From assembly GCA_965644295.1 (NCBI GenBank), contig CBFFRP010000150.1:1-64000 (forward strand): DNA of 64,000 nt, in the 5' to 3' direction. Under the pieces are notes generated by a model. That model ran no database searches. It was not told the DNA's origin and saw nothing but the letters and a program-made list of their open reading frames with translations. The position numbers and the translations under genes are program-made. Below, one piece after another: positions 21,657-35,100 of this stretch. The stretch comes from Paraphysomonas bandaiensis. Its lineage: Eukaryota > Protista > Chrysophyceae. The stretch's first letter is position 1. Every line of letters starts with the position of its first letter.

Positions 21657-24600
21657 TGGTAGCGGATGGTAGTTGTAGGGATGGGGAAGATGACAAGAAG
21701 CTACGGTTTGACAAGAACCAAGCAGACTATTCAGCGAGAAAAATCAAGATGCATCTAATGAAGAAAAACCGAAACCATCTTGGCTTGGAGGACCCGCCAG
21801 CCGGAGGAAGGAATTTAGAGTCATGGAGAGAGCGTAATGATACCTGTGTTAGTACTATTTGGGAGGCTTGCGAGCATGACCCTGATGTGTTGGAGGTAGC
21901 CAATCAATATTTGGAGGGGAAGGCAATTTTACCTGCTGATGATCCTGCTAAGGAGGTGTTATCCAGTGAGCTCCTTCAGACACTGGTTGATAGGTTCAGA
22001 GGCGAGATTGGGACTGTATTGGAGAAGACTACGGCAGAATACAATTCGTTCAAAATAAGGCCGGGGGAAAAGGTGTCTGTTGGGGTAGATCGACTGAACG
22101 GTATAATCCAGAAGCTCATAAAATTGGGACAACCGCAGACAGAGGCAAGTAAATTAGCAAAGATAAAAGCAGCGCTGCAGATAGAGGAATTACATGATTT
22201 ATGGATGTCGGTAGCGATGATGCCTAAAGCAACAACTACATTTGATTCGGTGAAAGAGGCTTGTGAAGAGTATGACGAGGCTATGACGCAGCTGAAGAAA
22301 CTAAAGGGAGACAAATCTGAAGAGATCAATTTTACGGCGTCGAAGGAGCCAGTGGTTTGTTCATTTTGTCGGAAGAAGGGACATGTAGCAGCGAATTGTT
22401 ATGCTAAGGAACGACAAAGAAAAATGGATAAGTTCAAAAGAAAAGGGAAGACAAAGGAAAAGGCTTCGAAGAGTGTGCAGCAGCCAGGATCAAAGGATTA
22501 TACTGGTTGTCATATCTGTGGAGATTTTAGTCATAAAGCCCGACAGTGCAAGTCGAAAAAACGGAAGAACATAAAAAACCCGGATAATGAGAATCCTCGA
22601 AAATCGAACAGGAAATTCGAGACAGAATGGAAGAAATACGTCAACGACGGAGAGTCGTCGGATGATGAAGCGAATATGTTTGGAGAAGAGGTTTTGCTAT
22701 CGGTGGATACGTCGGAAGAACCTCGTGTATATCTGGACAGTTGTGCAAGTAAAAGACTGTTTATAGTAAAGGATAAAATTGCACTGGAGTCATTTACTCC
22801 TGAGTTTGGGGCAATCCAACTAACTAGAAAGGGTTCTCAATTGGAGACACAGGGAACTGGTACATTCGGGGAATGGAGAGACATCAGAGTTAGTGAAGAA
22901 GCGGTGAAGAACATTGTGTCAGGAGGAATGCTGAGATCAATGGGATACGGATTACAACTGCTTCGAAAGCCTAAAATCGTGGAATTGGACTCTGGAAACG
23001 AGGTGTTGACTGGAGAGTACGATGAGCATGGAGGAATGCCGTATGTGGACTTGATGGAGGTGTTAAATCTGCCAAATGTGTCTATGTGCAATCAGATGGA
23101 GGAGGTAAATTTGTCGGATAATACAGGACAAGATGCGTTGGATCGCTTACATGAGCGTACTGGACATGTCTCGAAATCGAAGTTAATAGAAGCTCACCGA
23201 CACATGTTATTCAGAGGATCAGGACTACAACGACATCACCTTTCGAAGGCAAAGGAGAAGAGTTGCAAGAAACCCCTGTGTAAATGGTGTGCCAAGGCGA
23301 AGATAACCAGGCATTCGTTCAAATCACGGGACAACGAAGAGCTAAGCGCAGTCAGGTTCCTGGAAAGAGTAACAGCGGACATCTCCGTCTATCTCAATTG
23401 TGAATCCAGACAAGGGTATAAGTACGTGCTCCTATTTACGGACTTAGCAACAAAGATGATATGGGAATATGGATTGAGGACTCGAAGCGGAGAGGAGGTG
23501 TTCAAATGTCTACGACACTTGTGCGAGGTCCACTTAGTGAAGTACGAGGGGTGGAACCGTATAGTGGAGTATCATGCCGATGGAGGATCCGAACTTATTA
23601 GTCAGCAGATAAGAGAGTATCTGTTGCAGCGATATGGGACTCGGGTGTCACATACAACACGAGACACGCCAGAGCTCAACGCGGTGTCTGAGAGGAAATT
23701 CCGAACAATTGGGGAGATGACACTGACGATGTTGACGGCATCTGGACTTCCAAAGTCGTTCTGGTTTGATGCTTATCAAACTGCATGTTACATTGTGCGA
23801 CGAATGCCAACTCGGACGTGGCAAGGATGGATGTCTCCATATGAGTGTGTCCCAGGGGGAGCGTTCCCAGCCTATCGTGGCTACGGAAATGGGGGTGCAA
23901 AGCATATGTGCTAACACCCAAGGCCGACAGGAGGAAGGACTGGGAGGACAAAGCAATGACAGGTTATTTCATAGGGTATCCAGCTGATCGAAAAGGATAC
24001 AAGGTGCTAGTGGGGGACACCGTAGTACACTCTGTACATGTATTATTTGATGAATCGGTACCTGAGAGGTCTCAGGATTATTATAGAGAGCTGGAGGAGG
24101 CTCAAGTGGCTATAGATCCCGAGGCTCGTCAACCGGGTGAGTTTGAGTATCTTATCGGAAAGCACCATGAGGATGGTGGTCTGCTATACAAGACTAACAG
24201 AGTGGTGATAAGGAAGGGACTTATTGTGGGATACCGGTCGTTGGTTACTGGTAACCAGGTTCAAGTGGAGGATAAAACTCCTATTCATATTGCTGACATC
24301 AAGAAGATGACAGAGGATCTTGCGCAGAGGGTGGTTAGGGCCAGAGTTACTGACAACCGTGACGGCGGTATCAGCGGAGTGGTGCCACAGCAGTCGGAAA
24401 GTGGGCAGGTGCAGCCCCAGGCTGACTCAGCATTACCTTCGGGGGAAGGGACCCCTGCCGAGAATCATCCGCACGGCAAACGCGCAAGAACTCCAAGGAC
24501 GGTAACGAATGTGTCGGTGTTAGGACAAATCCATCATTTGAGTGATGAGAGTGATGTGAGTGACCTTTTACAGGAGGCAGACTCAGTGTGGATGTCAGCG

Positions 24601-26238
24601 GAAGAGTCGACAGTGCCTCAGACACATCGTGAGTCCTTGGAGAGTGCCGAGCACAGGGAGTGGAGACGAGCTCGCCGTGTAGAGCGAGAGGGTTTGGCGA
24701 AGCGAGATACCATGGAGGTGACTCGTATACCGGACGGAGTCGTCCCACTGCACTCCAAGTACGTCTATGGAAAGAAGTACGATAAGGAGGGAGAGGTCCG
24801 CCGATATAAGGCTCGTCTTGTAGCAATCGGTTGTGGACAGCAGTCGAGTGGTTGGGCGAACCATTTCGCACCCGTTGTTAAGGGGGTAACAGTGCGACTG
24901 TTAATCGCCATAGCTTTCGTGATGAACATGGTAATTCATCAACTGGATGTGTCTAACGCATTTCTATATGCAGATATAGAGGGGGATGTATATATGAAGG
25001 CAACTCCGGACTTTCAGCTGCCTGAGGGGTACTGCTTTAAGTTGAAGAAGTCGTTATACGGGCTTCGGAGTTCCCCGCGGTCGTGGTGGAAAACATTGGA
25101 TAAATTCATACGATCTATGCATTTTAAACCATGTGTATTAGACCCGTGTTTGTATTATCAGTATAAGGGCGATGAATTGATATTATTAACGATATATGTG
25201 GATGATATCCTAGTGTTAGGTCGTGATGTCAACATAGTGAAGGATATTAAAGCTCAACTGTGTGCGCGGTTTGATATGAAGGATATGGGCGAGATGGAAC
25301 ATTTTCTGAATGTTCGAGTCACAAGAACGCCAGAGTATATTCGTCTTGACCAATCAGTATATGCGGCTAAGATCTTAGAAAAGTTTGAAAAGTATCTTGG
25401 GTCACCGCGAAAGGTACGGAAGAGTCCTCTACCGGCGGAAGCAATGGATTTAGTGGCAAAAGGGGCGCGGCATGAGCATACCGAGGAGGAACAGCTTATA
25501 GTAGATAACTTCCCATATCGGCCGCTGATAGGTGCATTACTATATCTATCGATGAACACGAGGCCGGATATTGCCTATGCAGTGGGAGTACTGTCTCGGT
25601 TCAGTAATAAGGTGAATATTGAAGTATGCAAGCTATTAACACATGTATGGCAATATATTCGTGGTTCTATTGACAAAGGGATTCAATATGGGAGTAGACG
25701 GTTCGACTTCCATATGTTTACTGACGCGGATTGGGCGGGAGATCAGCTCTCCAGGAAGTCCACGTCGGGGTACGTTGGGTTTGCAGCGGGAGGGCCTATA
25801 GTCTGGCAGTCCAAACTGCAGACGACAGTGGCAACGTCAAGCATGCAGTCTGAGTATCAGTGTATTTACTCGGGTCTCCAAGAAGTGCTATGGGTTCGGG
25901 GGGTGACGGGTGAGATTAAGTTGAGGCTCATCAAACCCACACCATTCTTCATCGACAGTCAGAGTGCCCAGGATTTGGCCGAAAACCCAGTGTTTCACAA
26001 GAAGTCGAAGCACATTGAGATTAAGTATCACATGGTGAGAGAGCACGTGGATCCCAATCAGTTCAATACGATTAAGTTAGTGCATGTGCATACATCGCAA
26101 CAAGCAGCAGATATTTATACAAAGTCATTGGTTGGTTTATCATATATGGAGCAGAGAAAGAGAAATCTTGGAGAGAAAGTTAAGAGTTCCACTGAAGTGA
26201 TTAATGAGGGACCAAGGGATAAAAGAAGGCGCAAGTAG
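21641..26238 (+). CDS. Copia Gag-Pol polyprotein split by a single -1 frameshift at ~23855-23860
   Basis: Two zinc knuckles (CSFCRKKGHVAANC, CHICGDFSHKARQC), protease YLDSCAS, HERTGH..CKWC, integrase D..DGGSEL..NAVSER, RT QLDVSNAFL..YVDDIL, RNase H FTDADWAG..KSKHIEIKYH. Confidence 0.92.
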
Positions 26239-26364
26239 GTACTGAGTTTTTTAGACAGAGGTTTAGACTTAGAGATGAGTCTATTTTACTGTCAAGAATT
26301 TTTTTTTATCTCAGGCATTCAATAGCTGGGAGGCGTCATAGTACAACACTCAATTGAGGGGGAG

Positions 26365-26657
26365 TGTTGAGATCTGAAGATTCTATATACTTGCAATTGA
26401 GTGCAGTATTATGTGAGATGCAAGGATCGAAAGATATATATGTAATTAGTACATTATATTATGTAGTATGAAACTGAAGTAGAAGTGGATGACTATACAG
26501 GATACGATCACTGAGTGTGTGGTTTGTACACTATAGTAGTAAATGAATGGTGTTGAACACATCGAACACAACTTAGGTTCTTTATCATGTAATGTTTATA
26601 ATTTCATCTTATCAGTTGAGAATAGTAAACCTTAGCAAATAATGTCAACTTCTGTTA
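26365..26657 (+). repeat. 3' LTR
   Basis: Preceded by the PPT and followed by TSD CTTCT. Confidence 0.95.
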
Positions 26658-27035
26658 CTTCTAAATCTTAACACATAGAAGAAATAACAACTATAGCCAA
26701 TATCATACACAGTAATGTTTTTCATTCAATTAGATATCCTCTGTTCACTGAAATTAACACTCAGAAATATATTTTCAAACATGTTGGCAGAAATCCAGCA
26801 CAATTCGACCTCGGAACAAAGCATATGAAAAAATACAAAATTATGACATATGATTCACAGCTCTTAGTGAGCAACAACGTGAGTTCCCCTGCCTATTATG
26901 ACCGAACTAACATGCCAGACTTATAACCGTAATTAATATACAGAGAACAACTTCTACACTATCCAGTGATGGAATAATAATAAAACGCATCAGGTAGGGA
27001 TGCACACAAGTAATTTCAGTAACTTCAGTCGTGCT

Positions 27036-29021
27036 TTAAGAAATACTGCAGCAGTTGGGGGAGGGTTTAATTATTTTTATAGGGCCCTACAATTAAGCAG
27101 TGAGTTTAAGTGATGATATAAATTAATACAGATGCTGCCATCGCGTGCGCAAACTCACCTTTAGATCTTCATACTGCATGAAAGTAACCACTTCCTCTAA
27201 GAAAGCATTCGGACGAATATAGTCCCACTTTGCAAAGATCTCATGGTCTGCATCCGTTAGTTCCAGCTTTTTCGCATTCACATCGTCACCGAATGTTCCA
27301 ATTTCGCTTTGAGATGCAACGTTTAGATCCCGTCGTGGCACGCAGGGTGGTGGTACAAGGTCATAACGATGCTCGTCCCAATTGATATCATCAAAGTATG
27401 CATGCGCCATTACTTCGCCCGGACCATTTGCCCCAAGTCTCGTCTTGCCATCCTTGATTAGCAGTTTACTGCAGAAGTCCTGTGTGGTTGCGTCAAATAT
27501 CTCTGGATCGAAAAAAGGATCCATTTCCTGGACAGCAAGATCGATAGCTTTCTCTTTGTCCTTTTTTCCTAGACCACCCCAGTTTCTGGCTACCTCAGTG
27601 CGGAAGGGGCAGACGCCTGACAAGAACTCATACAATACACATCCAAATGAGAACCAATCAACGGAAAGGTTGTAGCGCACACGATAGCCAGCCTCATCGC
27701 GACGAAGCATTTCAGGCGCCCAGTACCCTCGGGTACCACATGCGCCCGTAAGACCATTTCGAGGAGCTCTCACTGCAAGGCCTAAATCTGAAAGCTTCGT
27801 GCGTCCTTTTGCGTCCATAAGGATATTGTCTGGCTTCAGGTCCCGAAACACCACATTGATATCATGCAACGCTTTGAGACCCAGTAGAGTGCGCGCGATA
27901 TAGTACTTCGCCTCTCGCTTAGAAAACATACCCTTGCGGTATAAGTGGTATCCGAGGTCCCCTCCAACCATGAGATCAAGAATAAGAAATAGCTCTGTCG
28001 GAGACATGAATGCATACTTCAGACAGACTACGAAAGGACTATCAAGCATCAGGAGAATATTGCGCTCAGTCATGCATAATGTCTCGGACTTTTTTAGTTT
28101 AACCCGTTTGCGGTCCAAGACCTTCATGGCATATAACTGACCCGTTTGGCATTTCTTGCAACCATTTACCACCCCAAACCCTCCCCTTCCTAGCACTCGA
28201 AATAGTGTAAAGTCGTCCTCTGTTACCGGCTTCTCGGACAATGTAAGGAAGTTAAAGTATTTGCGATATGTTGGAGATCCCTTGAAAGTCTCCCAGTGTT
28301 TATCTTTCAAGAATGCGAACACAACACTGTCAATTTTATCAAAAAAGGTGTTTGGAATTGCCTCCTCATGTGTAAATTCGACGCCAGCACCAGTATTGTC
28401 TTTAGTCAAAGTTGTCAAGATATCCTCGACAATCTGGCCCCTCACACCAATGGCGTTGCCAAAACTGCCTTCAGAGTCAATATACTCGCCCCAATTTACT
28501 TGCCCCTCCCACACAGGAGTTGTTCGTGAAGTATTCGGCGGAATATCGGCACGGGAAGTCCGACCAGCGGATGACGGAAGTAAGTAATGTCTCATTACAG
28601 CCCGTGCAGCATCAATGCGTTTGAAAGGAGGAGAGTTCTAATATTAAACAAGTTAGAAAAAAACACAACCAAAGTACGCAGCAGCTTCACATAACATTTA
28701 CTTACTCTGAATTTGGCGATATCATACAAGAAGTTCCCATAAGTCTTGTCACCCGATTCCTTCAAGTACTTAACATACTACAAAAAAAATCACATTGATA
28801 GTATCCATACAATATAACTAACATACCAAATATAGCCCTAGACAAGTGGAACATATCCCTTCTAGTTCCAAGAGATAAGGATTCTTCTCTCGTAACTTAT
28901 TAACATATGCATCTACTTCTTCTAATGTAGGAAATTTCCATTCTTTAGTTGGTTTGGGTGTATCATCATGCATTGCATTAATAAATTGAGCATCTTCAAT
29001 AGCATCTTGTAAATCATCCAT
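27036..29021 (-). CDS. G-protein-coupled receptor kinase (N-helix, RGS-homology and AGC kinase domains) with a C-terminal CaaX, 4 exons
   Basis: MDDLQDAIEDAQFINAM (GRK N-helix), FRVLGRGGFGVVNGC, YAMKVLDRKRVK, SDLGLA (GRK signature), CGTRGYWAPE. The last exon (27086-27036) reads GPIKIIKPSPNCCSIS*. Confidence 0.92.
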
Positions 29022-29540
29022 ATTAATAAATGATTTTTATGTGTGTATATGTATATGGAAATTAAATGAATATGTCGCGTTTAACGAGACAATAATTTGA
29101 TAAAGTTATATCGAATAATGATGAATTGTAATGATTGTGTAGCGTATAGTATGTAATGTGTGATAGATTATAACAACATCTATCTATACTACTATATGAG
29201 AGGTGTATGCTATCTCTCTATAAGAATGATAAGAATGTCTGATATGAGATTCAATGAAATGATGGGATGATATATGGTGGAGTAGAGTATCGTACTTCTT
29301 ATATAAAAAGAGAGTGAGAGTTGAGTTTATGTTCGAGTGAAGCGAAGGATAAGCATCGTGTGTGTCTCTATATCGTCATACAATCCACTCGTAGAATGAT
29401 GTATGTATGTATGTATGTATGTATGTATGTATGTATGTCTATACTATACTGCTATGTATTTACATAGAAGGGACTGGAGTGGGAAAGGGAAGAGAATATA
29501 TGTGCAGTTTCATCTTTTTTTCATATTCAATACTGAAAGT

Positions 29541-29666
29541 ATACACAGCAACTCTTATCCGATACTGTAATGATGTATTGGACATTGGATAGGCAGACAC
29601 CATACACAGCAACTCTTATCCGATATTGATGTATTGGACAGGCAGACACGATACACAGCAACTCTT
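29541..29666. repeat. Degenerate tandem repeat (units 61 and 49 bp plus a partial unit)
   Basis: ATACACAGCAACTCTT recurs at 29541, 29602 and 29651; GATGTATTGGACA..GGCAGACAC is shared. Confidence 0.85.
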
Positions 29667-32198
29667 TGTCTGTCACTATATCATTATGAACCAATCATTG
29701 AGAAGTAAATATAGCAATTCTGATATGATTGGTTAGTGACAAGTACAGTCAACTGCAGATTGCATTCCTTGCAGATACTGCACAATTGCATCATATACTG
29801 ACTGCATTAGAAGCGATGTCTGTGTGTATATGCTATATAGATATCAATGATATGTTTCTAGATACACTCATGAGGTAGACAGCCTCTAAATGTATATAAA
29901 GCACTGATATCAGTTTAACTGCAAGCCTAAAGTTTAAAATTGTATACAGAAATAATCATACAAATCATGATCATATAAAGACAGTATATTACGTGAACAC
30001 ATTATTTCGTCAATGATTTAATGCTGGTGTATCGATGACGCTATAATACTCTCTAATGAAACCAACTCAAGAATCAAGTAGAGTAGCAGTTAAAGTTACG
30101 TAGCCCTATTGCGATTATCTTGACACACTATGAACTAATAATGCTATTGTTCTTTATGTATCATAATTCATGCTGAGCCAAATAACAAAACAACAAATAT
30201 ATGCTTTATATGCCTATTACACTGTTCAAGCTTAGCTTTCGAAGTATGTAATATCATACATCTAAATATACTTTGTTCAATATAAGTAGTGTCCCAGTAG
30301 CATGCTGATTATGTGATGAGGATGAATAGAGATGATATGTATCGGAGACAGGTGCACTTTAATTTCAGGAATATACCTAGATGCCAGATTGTTTATTACT
30401 GAGTGAATCAATGACTATTTCCTTTGCCATAGAAGTGCAATGATGAAGCCAAACATAGATATTAATTACTTCAACTTGGTATTACGAATTCGCTATGTAC
30501 TATATTGCAGTATATTGTGTCTAGCTTAACAAGAAACAAGAGTATAGTTCTATTTTACCACGGGTTATATAGGAAGGGTATATCGTCCCGAGCTCAAATT
30601 CGTTAAAACAAGGACTAAAACACTCTAGTATTTAAATTTTAGACAATGGACGATACTCCTTATCCTTAGGCTAAATTGCAGCGTATCCTCATGATGTTAA
30701 CAACTGAATAGTATAAATTGTAGAGCTATTGGTAGAGGGCTTGCTCATAAAGTAAACAGATGTTCCATGATTAATACTAAGAATGTATTGTTTCAATGAA
30801 TCGTATTTACGAAAGGAGTGGGTGCCACTGCTCCGAATCATCTATGTAGCATAAGATGTGGCATATTAATATTCTTTTAGTATTGTTTCGAAGTAAAATT
30901 AATTCTATTACTACAGTATATCACTTTTTTTTTGATATTAAACATTTAAGGGTACTTCTTAAAGAGTATTCTAATTTTTTTAATTTTAAAACCCTATTTA
31001 CAGAGGGCGTAATATGGAGCGAGAGCGGAATGTTAAATAAAAGAAAGGAAAATGGAAAGAGTTTTTTTCGTCGTCGTTGTGTGTGGGTGTCACAAACTGA
31101 TTTTATTATGATTTTCTACATCCGACGAAGGATGGAGGACAACTTGGAGTGTTTTATGATATCATTTTGAAAGTTTACTTATCATTGTGGTTTCCCTATA
31201 ATTCTATTATTAGTAACGTAGAAGAGAGTTTCTGTTCAAACCGAATATTGAATCTGAAAGTTTTTTTTCCCGGTGCTCATATAAGCGTTCTGTTGAACGT
31301 TGAACCAACTTCTGGTCAAAGAGGACGTCTTCTACGACAAAATATGGATTGTTTTGGCCAATCAATGCTAGCATTTTCCCCGACAAACAATGTACAATGT
31401 ACAGTGTATATTGCACTTATTGTTCCCTAGCCTACCGGGGTTACATAGAAATTGTGATTAATTGAGTTAAACATCTTGAATGATGATTGCATTAGGATTT
31501 AAACTAATACTTAAGCTTTAAACTAACTGCAAGGCGAATTTTTGTTTAAATCCTGTTATGTGCATCAGCACAACTACATTGCATAAAGCCAAGCAACACA
31601 TCTCTCCTATAAACTATCAGTAACTTCAGACCCTTCGAGACAGTAAAAAAACTAGCACTTACTTATGTTTTGCCTATTACTGATTGCTACGACTACGACG
31701 GAAGTAAATATCACCACACATCTCATTATAATAAATATAGAGCTATCGTGGCTCGCAATGAAATTGCTGTGACCTGTTAAGCGCGCATCATGGAACATGT
31801 ATATGAAACATATGAATGGAACGTATAGAAACTGTATATCGTGGTCAAGAACTCGTAACTGCCTACTGAGTACTAGCTGACGCCAGATAGTCAGACAGAC
31901 TCCACAATCTGAACAACTGCGAGAAGAAAATCGACCACACAGCGGCAGCACAAATCCTTGTAACCATTTCGAAAAACTAATAAATACGAGTGTTGACTCC
32001 AATCGCAACAGAAAACACTGGGGTCGTTCAACATGAACTGCAACAAGAACATATATTATCTCTTGATACGACAACAAATATAATAACTGACTTACATATG
32101 AAATCAGAAAGAATGGCCAACACTGTACGATGGAAAATCTGTATGGGGCGTGGTTAAATACTTGAATCAAAATATCGGCCGTGTACTTCAACATATCG

Positions 32199-35100
32199 CT
32201 ATGACAATGCACAGCCGCCAGACTGGTTATTCCTGGGGTGCTTGGCAGAGTAAGAAGGCAAGGACAGTAGCTGTGCTGAACCATCTGTCGGGGTAAGACT
32301 GGCGGCCCGTCGACTACTACTATCGTCATCGGCGGGCAGCATGAACGATGTCCGACTTTTAGCTTTTATTATTTTCTGTCCGTTCAGCTGTCCAGACTCG
32401 TGAGCCGCACTCAAGTCTGCGACGAGCTTTTCGTAACTCTGCAGGTCGTCTGCGGTAAAGGGAGGGGGGGCTGAAAAAGATGAATTTTTATTCATCTGTA
32501 GAAACTTTTTCTTCAGTGAGTTTTTTGGACTCATATCGTAGATAGCGGTCTCAGCGACATTGAGCAGTATGTTCAGCTCAGTGTCGTACTTGACCATGGA
32601 CTCCGCGTGAAGGAGGTAAAGAAGTCCTGTACTGAAGCTTCCATGAGCAATGGACTGATCGGCAGCCTTGATGATATACTTAAAGGCTTGACCGCGGCAA
32701 TTCGCTCCCATGGCAAAGTGGTAACTCAAACTATATCGCAATTTTAAGTTAGAGAACACCACGAAATAGACCACGAAATAAACGACAATATGTTCTTGTG
32801 TAGTAGGTCACATTACAGCAAATATTACACAAACCTTGGATAGTATGATCTGAGATTGCTCTCAAATATTTTCTCTATAGCGTGCGCAACATTGGTGTGA
32901 ATCACTGCTGCCTCACTACACAATGACAACATTCATTACAGTTACCGAAAGGAGATCATCAAATTACACACCTTGGCAAAACGAAGTCATATAGAGTCTT
33001 GCGGATTAATTCATTCTGGAAGGTATACACAAGTGGTTGTTCAGATATCTGAACGACTATTCCTCCCTCTGTTAGTGCTTGCAATGAGCACTGCAGACTT
33101 TTCGCATCGTGCAATTTCTTAGGCACAACTTCCAAAAGAATATCGAAATGAAACTCGTCGCCGATTATACTGGCATACTTAGCTATAGTTTGCTCTTGTA
33201 CAGTGAACATCTCTAAATGGCATACAATATGATGTTCCAACCTTTTCACACGAGATACAGCGCTTGGTGAGGAACTGTGTTTCGGAATCACAATGGGCGA
33301 CATGTTCGGAAAATTGGGCATCTGATTATTGAGGGACTGAGTTGAGTCGTCAGAATTATGTCTTGAATTAGGACACGAGAAGTCATCAAATGCACTTGTA
33401 AACTCTTGGATACCACTTGCTCGAACAAACTTTGCAATAGACTTAACCCAATACGGATTTCCATTGGTAACGTCATATACAAGCTGAGCGAAGTCGTCAG
33501 GCACATCAGTGGTTGACAGTGTAGCCTGCACAACAAAAATATTTACAATTGGCAACACAAGCCTTCACGAAGTATGTACCTGTAGTACTTGCATCACTTC
33601 ATCTTCAGAGAGGTTCGGGAGGCGGAGTGTGATGCAGTTCTTCTGTTGGGCGAAAGATGCCCGTAGAGGATTCTTCTTCATATTGTGACCGTACTTGTTT
33701 ACCATGGTCTTCGAAATGCGCTTGCGTCTACCAGAGGCGTCCAAACCAATACTATGACTGTTTGACGCCGATTCAGTGTATAGACCACGCATATTATTTG
33801 AAGATCTGTCCACAACTCAGTTCAACCTACAGTAATACGAACGGATAGAGTTACTTACCTCGAACCTTCTGAAGCCCTTCTTCCAGAAGCTGCAAGTGAG
33901 GGGGCAGGACCCTGTCCAAATTCCCACGACCCACTATCTGCACTATTGGCAAAAAAGTCTGTTGATCGCCTGGGCGTTGGACTGTTCTGTGGAGATGTAT
34001 CACTAATACTAGGGAAGAAATGCTTTCGGAATGTGGGGCTGTCTTTGAGGCGACCCGGAGAGTCACAACGCATGCTAGAGAAAAATCCATTGTGGCCTTT
34101 CTGCGAGTTGCTGCGGCGTTGGTTAAGAGCGTCTTCAGCTGGAAGTCTGAAAGTGCATAGAACCAACAATGGCGCTTTCATATTAGCCATCATCTTGAGC
34201 TCTTTCATCGACAACTCATCACAAAAATGTGCATCTTCAATTACGATTGTAGTGCAGCTTACTTGAAATAAAGAGTTCAAAACTGTTTGCAGTGTCGTAT
34301 CCCCAAAGAAGCGAGTCGCGCGGGGCTGTTTTTTGGAGGACGGGACAATGTCGTAATCCCAGTTCAATCGCAGCGCATGCTTGAGTATAGGAAAATGCTC
34401 ACGTAGACACGATTCCACATCGGTATCCGGATAATTATGCCTCAGAATTGTAAGGATGACATTCCTTTGGCTGCGCTCAGTAGCAAAGTGTGATGGTCCA
34501 ACCAACTCCGTGAATATTTTGCGTATGATACTGTACCCAATGCTCTCATCCTCGCTGATGGCCTGTACAGAGAAAGTACGAAAATTTCTCCGGTTCGATC
34601 CTTTCCGGAAAAAGTCTGCAACTGTGGACTTTCCCATTCCTGGAGCCCCTTCAACCATGATAAACCTTACTTCTAGGGGTTTGCTTCTCATCTCATCCTG
34701 TGAGTGGGACTGTGAATCGTTGCTCTTTCCGCTGCTGCTACCGCTATCCATTCGTGCAGTGGATTGGCATAATCCTGGCGTAAGTGCTCCAACAGTCATA
34801 TTCTGATAATCACTTAACCGATCTAGCTCTTTGATAACAGCTGAGGCGATATCCTTGTTAATGGCAATGCTGTGATCGTCAATATCATCATATGATGGCA
34901 TCAGTGGAAGAGTTTCCGAAGCATAGTAGTATGGGTACATAAGTTCGTCTCTTCCTTTCAGCAGCATTGCCTCAGCCGGAAGCAGAGAATTCGAGACTCC
35001 AGATGGTAACCGGGTATAAGTGATATCATCAACCAAAACCCTCCCTTTAGCCTTACCCATAAGGCGGGCCGCTAAGTTAACAGCGTCACCCATAGCCACA

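Larger units (their letters stand above)
21364..26657 (+). mobile_element. Full-length Ty1/Copia LTR retrotransposon, very recent insertion
   Basis: LTRs 21364-21656 and 26365-26657 (293 bp, no mismatch seen by eye); 5-bp TSD CTTCT; PBS TGGTAGCG abutting the 5' LTR; PPT GAGGGGGAG at 26356-26364; domain order gag-PR-IN-RT-RH. Confidence 0.97.

Noticed and set aside
23850-23865. Programmed -1 ribosomal frameshift in Copia
   Set aside because: There is no canonical X XXY YYZ heptamer with A/U triplets, and the site is inside the integrase region, not at the gag/pol boundary.
29541-29666. CRISPR-like repeat/spacer pattern
   Set aside because: The 'spacers' are homologous to each other, there are only ~2.5 units, no cas genes are present, and the context is eukaryotic.
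30719-30770. tRNA-like fragment (GCTATTGGTAGAG..CTCATAA)
   Set aside because: No T-loop/B-box and no acceptor stem.
31652-32329. 225-aa minus-strand ORF
   Set aside because: It overlaps the cyclase's last exon in another frame and runs into its presumed 3' UTR; no recognisable motifs.
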